The notes beneath the pieces are model-generated. The model was given only the letters and a program-made list of their open reading frames with translations, ran no database searches and had not been told where the DNA came from. Shown here piece by piece: positions 10,408 through 22,800 of a DNA stretch of 64,000 bases. Each line of letters starts with the position of its first letter. Position 1 is the stretch's first letter. Origin of the DNA: Nemertoderma westbladi (Eukaryota > Animalia > Xenacoelomorpha); contig JAUCBJ010008555.1 in the NCBI GenBank assembly GCA_032718475.1, positions 73,303-137,302 of the forward strand, read 5' to 3'. The translations under genes were made by a program, and so were the position numbers.

Positions 10408-13400
10408 TCAATCGGAGTTCTTCAGTCCGTTTCCGTCGTCCTCAGGTGTACGTCCCCAATATGAGAGCATCTCATCGGGATCGGATCCCTCCAACAGACA
10501 AAGTTTACTAACGGGACGGAGGAGGTCAGACTTGTCGTAGGCAACGCGAACAGTGCGAACTCGTCCATCTTTACCGGGCCGAACCTCAGAAACTCGTCCG
10601 ATTCTCCACGAGTTTCTAGGGAGTTTCTCATCTGTAATGATCACGACATCGTCCACCTTGAGGTTCCTCTGGGGCGCGGTCCACTTGGAACGTTTGTGGA
10701 GCGTAGGGATATATTCCCGAATCCATATGTCCCAGAAACGATCAGACAGGCCCTGTGCTTGTCGCCAGGATTTGCGGCCGAGCTCGTCTTTACGGTCAAA
10801 CTTCCCTGGTGGGGATAGTTGGACAGGGTTCCTGAGGAGGAAGTGCCGAGGAGTAATCGGTTGGTCGGCGGTCGGATCGTCGGTAACCGGGGTCAGTGGA
10901 CGCGAGTTGAGGATTCCTTCTACCTCGGCCAGCACTGTACGAAAAGTGTCCTCGTTGATACGGGTTGAGTCCTTGATGGTGGCGTATAGAGAGTCCTTGA
11001 CGCTACGAATGAGGCGTTCCCATACTCCAGAGGTATGGGGGGCAAGCGGTGTCTGAAAATGCCAGGTGCAGTCCAATGTTCTCAAGTGTGAAGTCACTTT
11101 GTCTTGGTCAACTCGAGCGAGGGATTCTTTGAGCTCGGATTCGGCGCCGACAAAGTTCGTTCCGTTGTCGCAGTAGAGGTGCTGAGGGGTTCCCCTTGTG
11201 GCGATGAAACGTCGTAATGCGTTGATAAAACGGTCAGTTGAGAGGTCCTCTACCATATCCAGTGCAATCGCCCTAGAATTAAAACAAATGAATATAATGC
11301 CGTATCGTGTAATCAAGGACCTCATTCTCTTAAAGAGAAAAGGGCCAAATAGGTCCATACCTGTAAAAGCGAAAACAGGTTTATATGGAGTGAGTCGTGA
11401 CTCAGGTAAATCGGCCATTATCTGGGTCATCGTGCGAGAATGCAATCTCTTGCAAGCAATGCAAGCACTAAGCATGGTTCGTATCAACGATCTTGCATTA
11501 ATGATCCAATAACGCTCTCTAAGGAATGCCAGACTGTGACTTTGTCCGGCATGGCGAAGTCTGATGTGTACATCATGTATCAAGAGCCTGGCATAGTGAC
11601 AATTCTTCGGTATGAGGATAGGAAAGCGCGCGTCGTAGGACGTGGGTGCTCGCGCAACGCGGCTCCCTAGTCTCAGATATCCGTCGTCTTCGTCAAAAAA
11701 GGGAGATAGTTTCCGGATTGTACTCACCTTGGGGATTGGGGATCCAGACTTTAGAGCTGTATACTCACCTGGGAAGCCAACTCGTTGAACGTACTGTTCA
11801 ATGCGCTGTTTGGCAGTGACGAGCTCCGATGAGGTCAACTTACGAGGACTACCGGGTTGTAGAGGACCACGTTTATGTCTTAGGTATTCAAAGAAACGAA
11901 TGAACCAAGACACACCGCGTATGAGTCTGTATGACTTATAATAGTGCTGTATAAGTTTGTCTGTAGGGGGCGAAGGGGCCATGGTGTTCATAGCATAGAC
12001 TCGGGTGTCAGACTTAAGCTCGGGATCGTCGGAGGGTAATGTATAAGGCGCGTTGTGCGAGACCGGCCAGTATTCTGGAGTAAGAGACAGAAAGTCTGGG
12101 CCCCGAATCCATTGTTCCGTTTGTAGGAATCTCTGAGGCAATAACCCACGACTCGCATAGTCAGCGGGGTTAAGATTCCCCGGGCAATGATGCCACTGAT
12201 CCACAGTGGTATGACCATGAATAAGGCTGACTCGGTTGGCTACGTAAGGCTTAAAGCGACGGGATTCATTTCTCAAGTAACCTAAAGTAACAGTTGAGTC
12301 AGTCCAGAATGTCATAGAGCGGATGGGCATGTCAAGTTCTTGCCGAACTTGTACAGTCAAGTCGACGGAAAGATGTGCTGCTTGTAATTCAAGCCTGGGG
12401 ATAGAGATATATCTGAGGGGGGCACTACGGGCCTTGGCAATCAAGAAGCCAGTGGTAATGGCGCCATCGGGTGTGGTTGTACGAAGGTAACTCACCATTC
12501 CATACCCTTTGTCGCTGGCGTCCGAAAAGGAATGAATGTCGTAAATGTTGTCAGGTAAAGGAATAGGGGTGTAAGTCCGGGGTATGCAGAAGTCGACCAG
12601 TAGCGTGAGTTGTAATTTCCACTCGTTCAATCGGGTCTCTAGTGGTAGTGGAATAGGGTCATCCCAGCCAAGTTTATGGCGCCATATATCCTGCAGCAGG
12701 ATACGCAGTAAGAGGGTAACAGGGCCCAAGAAACTCAGAGGGTCGAATAGAGAACTGACTAGAGATAGGACACCTCGCTTGGTGGACGGTGTGTCCTTCA
12801 GCCGTATGTCAATCGATAGCGTGTCATTCACAGTGTCCCAAACAAGTCCAAGGGCTGTGGTGATAGCTGTCTGTATGTCAGAGTCACGAGTGGTATGAGT
12901 CGGGATGGCAAGGTAGGTTGGGTCTAATGACTTGAGAAATTCGGAATCGTTGGAATGAAACTTGGTGAGGTGAAATCCCCCAAGCGATAAACATTCGATC
13001 AAACTTTTAGCGAGATCTACAGCTTCTAATGGGGTTTGAGCACCAGACATACCATCATCGTAATAAAACTCGTTTTGAATTGTTTCATTGACTCTTGGAG
13101 GGTATCGGTGTGCGTTGTCGGAACCTGTCCTTCGCAGAGCTGTGAGAGCGATAGTTGGGGAGTCCCCTGCTCCAAAGATATGGACTTCCATCCAATATTC
13201 TGTAGGACTGCGATCCATGTCGCCATTCTCCCACCACAGGAATCGTAAGGAGTCCCTATCTTCCGGGTTGACTTCGACCTGGTGGAACATAGATTTTATA
13301 TCGCACGAGAATGCTACAGCATGGCGACGGAATTTGCAAAGTATTCCAGACAGTAGGTTGGATTGGTCGGGTCCATTGATTAGGTTGGCATTCAGAGAAG

Positions 13401-16400
13401 TGCCAAAGTAGGGTGCAGCTGCGTTGAACACAACTCTAATCTTGTTGGGTTTCTTGGGATATAGAACGTAATGGTGCGGCAGGTACCAAGAACGAGGGCC
13501 ATGCGAGTCAATCTCAGATGGGGTGAGTTTCCTTGCGTATCCCTGTGATATATAGTCTTCAACCTGAGTGGTATAGAGAGTTAGAACTTCCGGTTTCTTC
13601 CTGAGACGTTTCCCCAACCAAACTAAACAACGTTGTGCGTATAATTTATTACATGGGAGCGTTACATCGTCTCGTTTCCACAGGAGACCTAGTGAGTAAT
13701 GTCCGTTGGGTTTAAGGCGCATGGCCTGCAGTATGGATTGGGATCGAAGGTTTAAGGGGGACATTTCCTTTCCTAAGGAAGACGAATGTACTTCCATCTC
13801 CCAGAATCGTCTAAGGTTCTGTTCTAGGTCGTTTAAATATGAAATGTTAGGATGTTGAGATTGTTTGGATGATGACTTGGGACTGAATGGAACCAACGTA
13901 GTCATTGTCGGGTGTGGGTTCTGGGTCACTTCAGAGTTTGAATCGGAACCAGGGTCAAAAGTAGCTGCAGTTCGTTCAGGGGGAGAATGTCGGTCATTGA
14001 GTGTATCCAAGTCGTTAACGTCAGATAGGGTACAATGTATTTGTGAGGTGGGATAAATGTCAAGGTCATCGTCTGGGGCAAGATTAGGGCCACAGACTGA
14101 CCATCCAAACGGAGTTTCAACAGCGTACGGATGAGTCTGGGGGTTCGGGCCCCAGCGAGATTGAAGTTGCATCAAGGCGACTGGGGCATCCTGTCCCAAC
14201 AAGACTGTTACTTGAGGGATGTCTAAAGGGGGATGACTCAAGTCTAAGTCAGCTAAGTGGGGCCATTCTCTGATATTCCAGCGCCTTGGGGTTACAAAGT
14301 TATCTCTAAACCCTTTCATGACATCGAAAGTGACATTCACTAGTGTAGGGGTCCCATTACTGCTGACAGGAGAGACATTACACTTGATAGCGCCGACTTC
14401 TATGAGTCTCTCTTTGTCTAGACAGGTACTAATTGGGATGGTCCTATACTGAGTGCAATGGAGACCTAATGGGGGCAAGTTTCGGTCATCGAGTATTGAT
14501 TGGTCAGAGCCTGGGTCAATCAACGCGTATGTTGTAAGTGACATTGTGGTATGATCTGAAGTGAGACGAACAGGGACTGTCTGTAGAACAGTATTTCTCT
14601 TTTGAAATCTGTGAAGACAGGTATTTCGTGAAGACATAGGGGGATGACTTGTCACGTGTTTGTTAGGGGCTGACGCAGTGGAGCGAGGCATGGGTGTGGG
14701 TGTGGTAGCGGATGAGTGAGGAATTCTAGTAAATGGCGCATTGGGGGGATGCAATAGTGAATGATGTTTATTCGACTTGCACGTCTTGCATGTATATTTA
14801 GACAAGCAGTCAGCGGTCAAATGGCCTCGTCCAAGGCAGTTGCGGCACATGTCATGGGAAGGATAATTTGCAACGAAGTTATCTTTATCATGATATGTGA
14901 GGTTTAGGAAGGAATCACAGCCATAGATTTTATGACCTCCATCGCAGTACATGCAGCGAAGTCTATTCTGGCTGGTGGCACTGGTGGTTTGTGCACCATC
15001 TATGGGTAACTGAGGAGCATTGGGAGGAAGGCTAGGTCTAAGAGGGGTTGTAGACGTAGTCCTAACTTGTTTTGGTACTGCTGAGGTGAGTGCCGGAAAG
15101 CTAGCTGGGGGTCGGGTCTTTGGTTTACCAGTGCCATAGTAATTCAATACGCTGACTTCCTGGTCTAGGAAGTTGACAAGATCAGAGACCTGAGGTTCCA
15201 CTCGTTTGTTGGTATGAAGTTTGGTTGCGTGGCGGGTCCAGCGATTAACCAGTTCGATAGGCAGCCTGGAAGCTAAGAGATCCATATTGCTGGGGTCATT
15301 CAACCGGGTCGAACTACCAATGGATTCCAGGGTGGCGTGGCTAATCGATATATCGTCGATAAACTTTAATAAGTCGGCTGCCGTGAGGTTCAGTCTAGGG
15401 CCCTGGGTCAGCTGGTTCAAGATAGACCTTGAGACTTCCCTGGGGTGTCCGTACCTCTTGTCGAGTTGGGCCCAAGCCAGCGTATACCCATTGTCTGAGC
15501 TGCGGTATAACTCGGCAACGCGGCGGGGTTCACCAGCTGTGAACTGTATGAGATAGATATGTTTCTCATTGTCAGGGATAGGTTTAGAGTCTATAAGGTC
15601 GTAGAATGTCTGCTTAAACTGGACATAGTCTAGTAACTTGCCGTCGAATTTGGTTGGTTGCAATGTGGGTAACGTCAACTTTAGGAGGGCAGATTGTTCT
15701 GAGTTGAGGCTACCAGCAAGGGGTCTAGGAATAGTTGAGTCAGATTTGTAATCGAGTGAATGTTGAGGAACAGTGGGGACGGGAGTTTGGGATGAGAGTG
15801 TGTGATGGTTACTGATGGTGTTTGGGTTGGGTAATGTTTGTGCAGATGATTGATGGTGATTCGTGTGATTATTTAAAGGTCGGGCTGACAGAGTAGAAGG
15901 GCAAATATTACCAAAGTTAACCAATGGATCTGCCGAGTGGTTGGTAGGTACAGATGGTAGATGTTGGAATGTTGCCAATGACTCTACAGTCGGGGGGTTA
16001 AAGGGTGCGACATCAGGGTTTAAAGTTGATGGCAAGGATGCGGGTACACAACTCACGGTATGCGGGAGGACCACAGATTGCGTGGTTTTGTGAGCAGTGA
16101 CAGGGGGGTGATTAGTCGAGCAAACTATTGGGATAGCGGTGGTGATGTTGATGCTGGGACGTGTCGTCACAGTCATAGGTTGTGAGGGTAGCGAGGGGGG
16201 AAATGACTGGGTAGTGCAGGGGTAAGGGGATGGTAGAGTTACAGTAGGCGCGGTTGTTGGGATATTGTCGGTGGATAAGGTAGTAATTGGTACCGGTATA
16301 GTAGGAGTGGGACCACTACATACAGTAACAACGCTGTTTCGGTTTTGTTCATTAATTTCGTTTGCGTAAAATTCCGCCTCCAGTTCTAGCTCTCTGCATT

Positions 16401-17721
16401 TTGCATCGCGTTGAATCTGCTTACTCCTCTTAGATAATTCGTCTAAATGTTGGTACGTTTGCATTTGTGCCTTATATTTCATAAGTTTGAGTCGAGTAGC
16501 GCGAGCTAATCCACTCAGTTTAGAACTGGAGACGGCTGAGATCGTGGGGTGAGAGTTTATTTGACTTACCGAATCTCCAGGGTTCACGTCTGCTATTCTC
16601 GACTTTACCTGATTACCAATATTACCGTTTTGAGTTTCCACAGTTTTCGTCTGCGCGTTGTCCTGTGTGACAGAGCTCACAACACTCAAGGGGTTGGAGG
16701 GAATCCCCACTAAGTTGACCGAAGTCGAGACTGGAACCTGAGGGGAAACTAAGGGACTCGCATCAGTGTTGTTCGAATTATTCACACTGACGCCTAGATT
16801 TAAATGGTCGTTAACTACCAGTACTGACAGTGCTGCAGGTACCGGTAATGGGTTATTTTTATTATACTCAACCGGTAGGTCTATAGGCATGATAGGCCTA
16901 ATTGTATTTTGAAACCCAGATTCGTTATGGATTACGAAATCTCTAGAGGCGTTTAAAAAATCAGTTAATAATTCCTGGTCACATGTTTCCCTATTGGGAT
17001 TAGGGTTATCGGGTGCCGATACCGGTAGGCCTATTTCATTGCTCTGTAAGCCTACATTTGCATTTAGTAAAGTTAGGTCCGGTGATGAAAAGCCACGAAA
17101 AGGTGTGGGATTGTGATACTCATCTATGCAGGCTGTAGTGAGGGAACGACGGACGTGTCTCCGTCCCGCACTAGATGTTTCGTCACCTAAGGGGGTTAGT
17201 GTAAAATCACCATGAGAATGATTTATGTTATCTGTTGCTGTTGGGTGGGGCAGTGCGAGCGAAGTCATCCTTGCCCGTTCTGAAGGAAGATTTGGTGGGT
17301 CTACTACGGGGATAGATTCACTTTGTGCGTCCTCCTGATAATCGGCATATTTGCGCTCCAGTTGATAATACCGGGCTTCAGCCTCGGCGTAATCATGTGT
17401 GAATTTGTTATAAAGTGTATTATTCTGAGCCCGAAAGTTAGGGATAAGTAAAATTTGATGTGTTTTGCTCCGGTACTTACCGAATGATAGTTTGAAAGTG
17501 TTGAACGACGCGTCGATTAAGCCGTCCTGTACAGGGCCGGTTAGCGAGAGGTGGTAGGCGAGTGCGTTGTGGGCGCGTGTAAATGAAGATTTAAGTCCAC
17601 TCAGAGCACGCGAATCGAGAGCTCGCAAATCGTCGACATTTGGAGAGCCACCGTGGTCAGAAGTGATGGAGGAAGAAGCATCCTCGTCGAGTTGGTGTTG
17701 GCTACCGGTAGCAGTAGCCAT
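10408..17721 (-). CDS. BEL/Pao Gag-Pol polyprotein (2437 aa, uninterrupted)
   Basis: Gag (FDGKLLDYVQF), three Cys/His knuckles, protease LIDPGS, RT YYDD, RNase H FSDAS, integrase (H...H...C..C; MDLFGP, CDNGTNF, WERLIRSVK), C-terminal FWDIWIREY. Confidence 0.96.
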   Translation of the reverse strand: MATATGSQHQLDEDASSSITSDHGGSPNVDDLRALDSRALSGLKSSFTRAHNALAYHLSLTGPVQDGLIDASFNTFKLSFGKYRSKTHQILLIPNFRAQNNTLYNKFTHDYAEAEARYYQLERKYADYQEDAQSESIPVVDPPNLPSERARMTSLALPHPTATDNINHSHGDFTLTPLGDETSSAGRRHVRRSLTTACIDEYHNPTPFRGFSSPDLTLLNANVGLQSNEIGLPVSAPDNPNPNRETCDQELLTDFLNASRDFVIHNESGFQNTIRPIMPIDLPVEYNKNNPLPVPAALSVLVVNDHLNLGVSVNNSNNTDASPLVSPQVPVSTSVNLVGIPSNPLSVVSSVTQDNAQTKTVETQNGNIGNQVKSRIADVNPGDSVSQINSHPTISAVSSSKLSGLARATRLKLMKYKAQMQTYQHLDELSKRSKQIQRDAKCRELELEAEFYANEINEQNRNSVVTVCSGPTPTIPVPITTLSTDNIPTTAPTVTLPSPYPCTTQSFPPSLPSQPMTVTTRPSINITTAIPIVCSTNHPPVTAHKTTQSVVLPHTVSCVPASLPSTLNPDVAPFNPPTVESLATFQHLPSVPTNHSADPLVNFGNICPSTLSARPLNNHTNHHQSSAQTLPNPNTISNHHTLSSQTPVPTVPQHSLDYKSDSTIPRPLAGSLNSEQSALLKLTLPTLQPTKFDGKLLDYVQFKQTFYDLIDSKPIPDNEKHIYLIQFTAGEPRRVAELYRSSDNGYTLAWAQLDKRYGHPREVSRSILNQLTQGPRLNLTAADLLKFIDDISISHATLESIGSSTRLNDPSNMDLLASRLPIELVNRWTRHATKLHTNKRVEPQVSDLVNFLDQEVSVLNYYGTGKPKTRPPASFPALTSAVPKQVRTTSTTPLRPSLPPNAPQLPIDGAQTTSATSQNRLRCMYCDGGHKIYGCDSFLNLTYHDKDNFVANYPSHDMCRNCLGRGHLTADCLSKYTCKTCKSNKHHSLLHPPNAPFTRIPHSSATTPTPMPRSTASAPNKHVTSHPPMSSRNTCLHRFQKRNTVLQTVPVRLTSDHTTMSLTTYALIDPGSDQSILDDRNLPPLGLHCTQYRTIPISTCLDKERLIEVGAIKCNVSPVSSNGTPTLVNVTFDVMKGFRDNFVTPRRWNIREWPHLADLDLSHPPLDIPQVTVLLGQDAPVALMQLQSRWGPNPQTHPYAVETPFGWSVCGPNLAPDDDLDIYPTSQIHCTLSDVNDLDTLNDRHSPPERTAATFDPGSDSNSEVTQNPHPTMTTLVPFSPKSSSKQSQHPNISYLNDLEQNLRRFWEMEVHSSSLGKEMSPLNLRSQSILQAMRLKPNGHYSLGLLWKRDDVTLPCNKLYAQRCLVWLGKRLRKKPEVLTLYTTQVEDYISQGYARKLTPSEIDSHGPRSWYLPHHYVLYPKKPNKIRVVFNAAAPYFGTSLNANLINGPDQSNLLSGILCKFRRHAVAFSCDIKSMFHQVEVNPEDRDSLRFLWWENGDMDRSPTEYWMEVHIFGAGDSPTIALTALRRTGSDNAHRYPPRVNETIQNEFYYDDGMSGAQTPLEAVDLAKSLIECLSLGGFHLTKFHSNDSEFLKSLDPTYLAIPTHTTRDSDIQTAITTALGLVWDTVNDTLSIDIRLKDTPSTKRGVLSLVSSLFDPLSFLGPVTLLLRILLQDIWRHKLGWDDPIPLPLETRLNEWKLQLTLLVDFCIPRTYTPIPLPDNIYDIHSFSDASDKGYGMVSYLRTTTPDGAITTGFLIAKARSAPLRYISIPRLELQAAHLSVDLTVQVRQELDMPIRSMTFWTDSTVTLGYLRNESRRFKPYVANRVSLIHGHTTVDQWHHCPGNLNPADYASRGLLPQRFLQTEQWIRGPDFLSLTPEYWPVSHNAPYTLPSDDPELKSDTRVYAMNTMAPSPPTDKLIQHYYKSYRLIRGVSWFIRFFEYLRHKRGPLQPGSPRKLTSSELVTAKQRIEQYVQRVGFPGEYTALKSGSPIPKVSTIRKLSPFFDEDDGYLRLGSRVARAPTSYDARFPILIPKNCHYARLLIHDVHIRLRHAGQSHSLAFLRERYWIINARSLIRTMLSACIACKRLHSRTMTQIMADLPESRLTPYKPVFAFTGMDLFGPFLFKRMRSLITRYGIIFICFNSRAIALDMVEDLSTDRFINALRRFIATRGTPQHLYCDNGTNFVGAESELKESLARVDQDKVTSHLRTLDCTWHFQTPLAPHTSGVWERLIRSVKDSLYATIKDSTRINEDTFRTVLAEVEGILNSRPLTPVTDDPTADQPITPRHFLLRNPVQLSPPGKFDRKDELGRKSWRQAQGLSDRFWDIWIREYIPTLHKRSKWTAPQRNLKVDDVVIITDEKLPRNSWRIGRVSEVRPGKDGRVRTVRVAYDKSDLLRPVSKLCLLEGSDPDEMLSYWGRTPEDDGNGLKNSD

Positions 17722-17986
17722 GGCGGGCTGTCAGGCTGATGCGTACTGGCTGACTGGCGTAGGCCTACGGTGTACTGGTGTATGGCAGTATAGTGCAGTG
17801 CAGTAGGCAGTAGCGTACTGCAGTACTGGAATGTAGGCCCAGCTACACTAATACTGTAATAGGTCCACTGTCAAAACCCTAGGCTGCTAGGCACTAGGCT
17901 ACAACAGTGTGTTTGTTTGAAAACGCCCTAAGCACTAACTACAGAACTAAGATGCCGGTGGAAAAGAAATTGTTTTTTACTGAAAG

Positions 17987-19729
17987 TGTCTATCATTGGG
18001 ACACTCAAGGGAGGTTTCGGTTGCAAAATTGAGTTTCTTTATTAACGCGCTCGCATTCAATCGTTTTGTATTTACAAATTACGGGCAGTTATGATAATGA
18101 AATATGGACAATAAAAGCACTAATAAATAACATAATATATTTCGATAACGTAGTAAAAATATGGATAAAATAAGGGGAGGGGAAATGAATGAATCATTTA
18201 CTTCGAGTATATGTGGTTACAAATATCAGCAGAAATAAAGTGTTATATCAAAGTAAATGAAATGGGACGAATGAAAAGGCGTGCAAGTGAGTGGACGGGA
18301 GCGGGCGAGCGAGCGAGCGAGCGAGCGAGCGGTAAAAAACAATTTGTGACAACCGGTGGAGAAAATAGGAAGACTGACGAAATTGCTCAGAATGAAGTAT
18401 TAGTATATAATGGTAAATTATTACATCGCGAGGTGATAACAGGAGGTCAAGATGCTGAATGGAGGGGGTCAGGCCTAAAACATGAGGTTTGCATTGATGT
18501 AACACATGACAGGCATACTAGGGCTAACAAATTAGTAGATTCGACCAATGAATGTGCAGAGATTCAATAATTCTGTTTGAGGTTGATGGGCGTTGTGAAG
18601 GGTTATATTATTAATTATATAATATAATGTCAGTATATATCGAGAGGGGGGTGGTTATATGAGTGAACATGTGGCATCCCGCTTTCACCTGGGGCCACTT
18701 ACAGTACTTGATAATGTTAGTGGGACTGAGGGGGGGTTTATTATATGAATGAAATGTGGAATCCCGCTGTAACCCGAGTCCACGTACTGTACAAAATGAT
18801 CATGTTAGTAAGACAAGACTTGGGGGGTTTATTATATGAATGAAATGTGGAATCCCGCTGTAACCCGAGTCCACGTACTGTACGAAATGATCATGTTAGT
18901 AAGATGGATGGGTGTGTCGTACGTATTTTGATGATTTAAATGGTCAGATTATATTGAGGGTGCCGCACCAAGTCAAGGAATTTTGTTAGTTTCTGCTATA
19001 GATAGACTGGTCAATCTACGGGAATGAAAGTCTAGTTTTTCGGTATGTGTGTGTACAAGTATGCAAACATGCGAACCTTTTGATTAACATACCGGCGACA
19101 ACAATGACATAATTTGGGGACGAAGTGAGTATTACAATTTTGGGACAAAACGATAAATACATAACTGAGGCGAAAATAAGAGAGGACAGGGCGTCAAGTA
19201 CTAACACAATCAACTCACGTGTAGAGTTAGTAAGAAAGTGAAAGTAATTGAGAGGGTGAGGTCAAGTACTAGCACTAACAACTCGCGATCGGAGTTAGTA
19301 AGAAAGTGAAAGTAATTGAGAGGGTGAGGTCGAGTACTACCACAATTAACTCACGTGTGGAGTTAGTAAGAAAGTGAAAGTAATTGAGAGGGTGAGGTCG
19401 AGTACTACCACAATCAACTCACGTGTGGAGTTAGTAAGAAAGTGAAAGTAATTGAGAGGGTGAGGTCGAGTACTACCACAATCAACTCACGTGTGGAGTT
19501 AGTAAGAAAGTGAAAGTAATTGAGAGGGTGAGGTCAAGTACTAGCACTAACAACTCGCGATCGGAGTTAGTAAGAAAGTGAAGTAATTAACACAGAGTGA
19601 GAGAGAGAGTGAGAGAGAGACAGGGAGAGAGAGAGAGAAATCGATTAAAGGCGGGTAAAGCGAGTGAGGTAAAGTAAATCGAGTGATATAAAGTGAATGT
19701 TAAAGGAAATGTTAGAGCGTTGGTTGACA
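17987..19729 (-). repeat. 5' LTR of BEL/Pao element (1743 bp)
   Basis: Direct repeat of 8443-10193. Confidence 0.95.
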
Positions 19730-19818
19730 GTGGCGGATAGCCACAACAAACCATATTCAAAATTTTCACGTTTTATTATGGTTCTTATTGGTTTGCAAAC
19801 AGTACCCAGTGGCATCCA

Positions 19819-22800
19819 GTGTATGTTTTATTAGCCACAGTAGTATATTCAATTACCTTCCAACCATCTTCCATATCGATCCTTCTTTGCGGTGATATAG
19901 AGAGTAACCCTGGCCCGCTCTCTGTATGGCACCATAATGTCCGCAGCCTTTTACCAAAATTAAATAACAAAATCTGCACTGACAAGTTAAAAATAATTTA
20001 CGACACTATCTTAGATTTAAATATTGATATTTTTATTGTAACGGAAACATGGTTTTTAAAATGTACGGCAGCTGACCATGAAAGTGAGCTGAACAAACAC
20101 TCTTATAAATACTATAACAAACCCCGCGCTGACAACTCGGGGTACGGTGGTGTCGGGTTATTTATCAGGGAGTCATTACCCCATCTCAGACGCACTGGCA
20201 GGGCCTTTAACTCGCAAGGTCTAGAATTAATATTTATTGATATTTTCATCGTAAAATTAAAAGTTCTCGTGATTGGTCTTTACACACCCACCGAACCTAC
20301 TGCACAGTACTGGGATACCTTGTACGATGTTATTTGTAACATCACGACAGCGTATAAATATGATGGAATTCTTCTTTTAGGTGACTTTAATACCAACTGT
20401 TTTCACCAAACTCCTTTTCTAGTAAACAAATTCTGCTCTTTAACTGGTTTTACCCAAGTGATAAACTCTATAACTCGATCCCAATCCCAATCTTGCATTG
20501 ACTTATTATTCACTAATTTACTTCCCCTGAAAATTAAGGCGGACGCACATGCTGATATTTGTTTTGACAACAACCTTCCTATTTCTGACCACTCGCCAAT
20601 TTTTATCGACTTAAACGTTGATATCAAACCGCCACCCCTTTTCATTCGTACCGTATGGGATTATGACAAAGCGAACTGGGGAGAATTCAGACAATTCCTA
20701 AATAGCAAATGTCTTAGTAGCTACTTTGGTGCACATGCCGATGACCCTGTTGAAGGTGTTAATTTTCTCACAGAGACTTTACTTGAAGGTACGAATAGAT
20801 TTATTCCCAGCCACAAAATAAAAACCAGATCCAGCGACCCTAAGTGGATAAATAATGAGTTGCGCTCACTGTTCAGGCGCAGGGAAAGGCTACACAAACG
20901 AGCCAAAGGGACACCCAACAACTCAAATCAATGGGTCATTTTCAGAAAATATCGAAATTTTGTCACTCAAAAAGTTCGCTTAGCTAAGGCTTCATATTCT
21001 AGTGAATTGTATTTATCAACCAAAAGTTCCAGCAACTTAGACTCTAAGAAATGGTTTTCAATAGTAAAGTCGGTACTGGGGAAAAACAAATTATCATCCA
21101 TCCCGTTCTTATTTGATGGCGACACAGCGGTGTATGAAGCCTTTGACAAAGCCCAAGTTCTAAATAACAGATTTGTCATTAATTCCACTTTACCAGGTTT
21201 ATTACCGACGACCCCAGTACAATCCACACCTCAGACAGCACCACCGCTAGTACATCCCACACACCAGCCTGTACCACCGGTGGTACTTTCTGTAGTACCT
21301 CCAGTGCTTCACCCCATACCCCTGACTGTACCACCGGTAGTACATCCCACACCTCCGATTGTACCTCCAGCAGTGCACCCCATACCCCAGACTGTACCAC
21401 CGGTAGTGAGTGAGTGTTTAAAGCTCATCTATCCCATCATAGTAGACATGTACCGTACAACAAGAGTCCCACAAGAAATGAAAACAAATAAGTTGGTGCC
21501 AGTTCCAAAGAAGGGCAACCTAACACTCTATGGTTCTTTTCGGGGAATCTCATTGATCTCGATTGCTGCAAAACTATACAATAGAATTCTATTAAATCGC
21601 ATCAGGGATCCCATTGAGAGACTACTACGTGGAAATCAGAATGGGTTCCGTAAAGGTCGTGGGACCATGGAGCCCATTTTGGCACTTAGAAGGATAATTG
21701 AAGAGTTATCAAAAAAGAAAGACAGGCATCTGGCTGTTATCTTTGTTGACTTCTTCAAGGCCTTTGATTCAGTCTCTCGCTCACGTATGTTCAGCATACT
21801 TTCATTATATGGGATTCCTGATGAAATTATTGCAGCAATCAGATCAGTATACGATGGTTCGGCAGCATTTGTGTCTACTGTTGACGGTGACACAGAACCA
21901 TTTGAAGTGTTATGGGGCGTCCTCCAAGGAGACACACTTGCACCATTCTTGTTCATTATTGTGGTTGACTATGTTCTACGCATGTCCTTAGATCATCATA
22001 ATGATGATGGGGTGATGATAACTCCACCTACTGGCTCCAGAAGTCGAGGAAATCCTGCCAAGTACCTAACTGATCTAGACTTTGCTGATGACTTAGGAGT
22101 ACTCTCAGAATCATTAGAGGGAGCCCAACGGCTCCTCAGCTCATTAGAACATGCTGCTTCTAGTGTTGGTCTTTTTATTAACTCCAGAAAGACCAAAATT
22201 CTTACAGTTAACTTTGAAAGTCCTCAGCAAGTCTCTGATCGGATGAGCATAAGCTCAAAGGATGGTATGCTTGAGCATGTGGACGACTTCTGTTACCTGG
22301 GATCATGGATCCGGAAGTCAGGTGAGGACCTTCGAATACGTAAGGGAAAGGCATGGGCAGCCTTGAATAGGCTTTCCAGGATTTGGAAGTCACCTAGAAT
22401 TAATCGGAAACTTAAGGTCCGATTATTTAGAGCAGCAGTAGTTCCAGTACTCCTCTACGGGAGTCCATGCTGGGCTCTAACTGCTGAGGACACCAAATCT
22501 CTGGATGGCACATTCACAAGAATGCTACGCCGGGTACATTGTGCCAAGTACAATGCACACATCTCCAACCAGACACTATATAACATTGGAGGTGTCTCAT
22601 TGGTTCCCCCAAGCTTGACACTAGAACAAAATCGCCTCCGCTTTGCAGGACATTGCTTTCGCCGTGAGGACCAGCCAGTGCATAATCTTGTACTTTGGCA
22701 GCCTCATGGAGTGAATAAGCATGGTGGACAGCCCATGACTTTCTTGAGACGCATCTTAAAGGACACTGGCCTTAAAGATGCGGATGATCTAGCAAATGTC

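Larger units (their letters stand above)
8443..19729 (-). mobile_element. Full-length BEL/Pao LTR retrotransposon
   Basis: LTRs 8443-10193 and 17987-19729 with TGTC...GACA ends. 5-bp TSD GTGGC (8438-8442 and 19730-19734). PPT-like GAGGGGCGGTG next to the 3' LTR. Single long gag-pol ORF. Confidence 0.96.
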
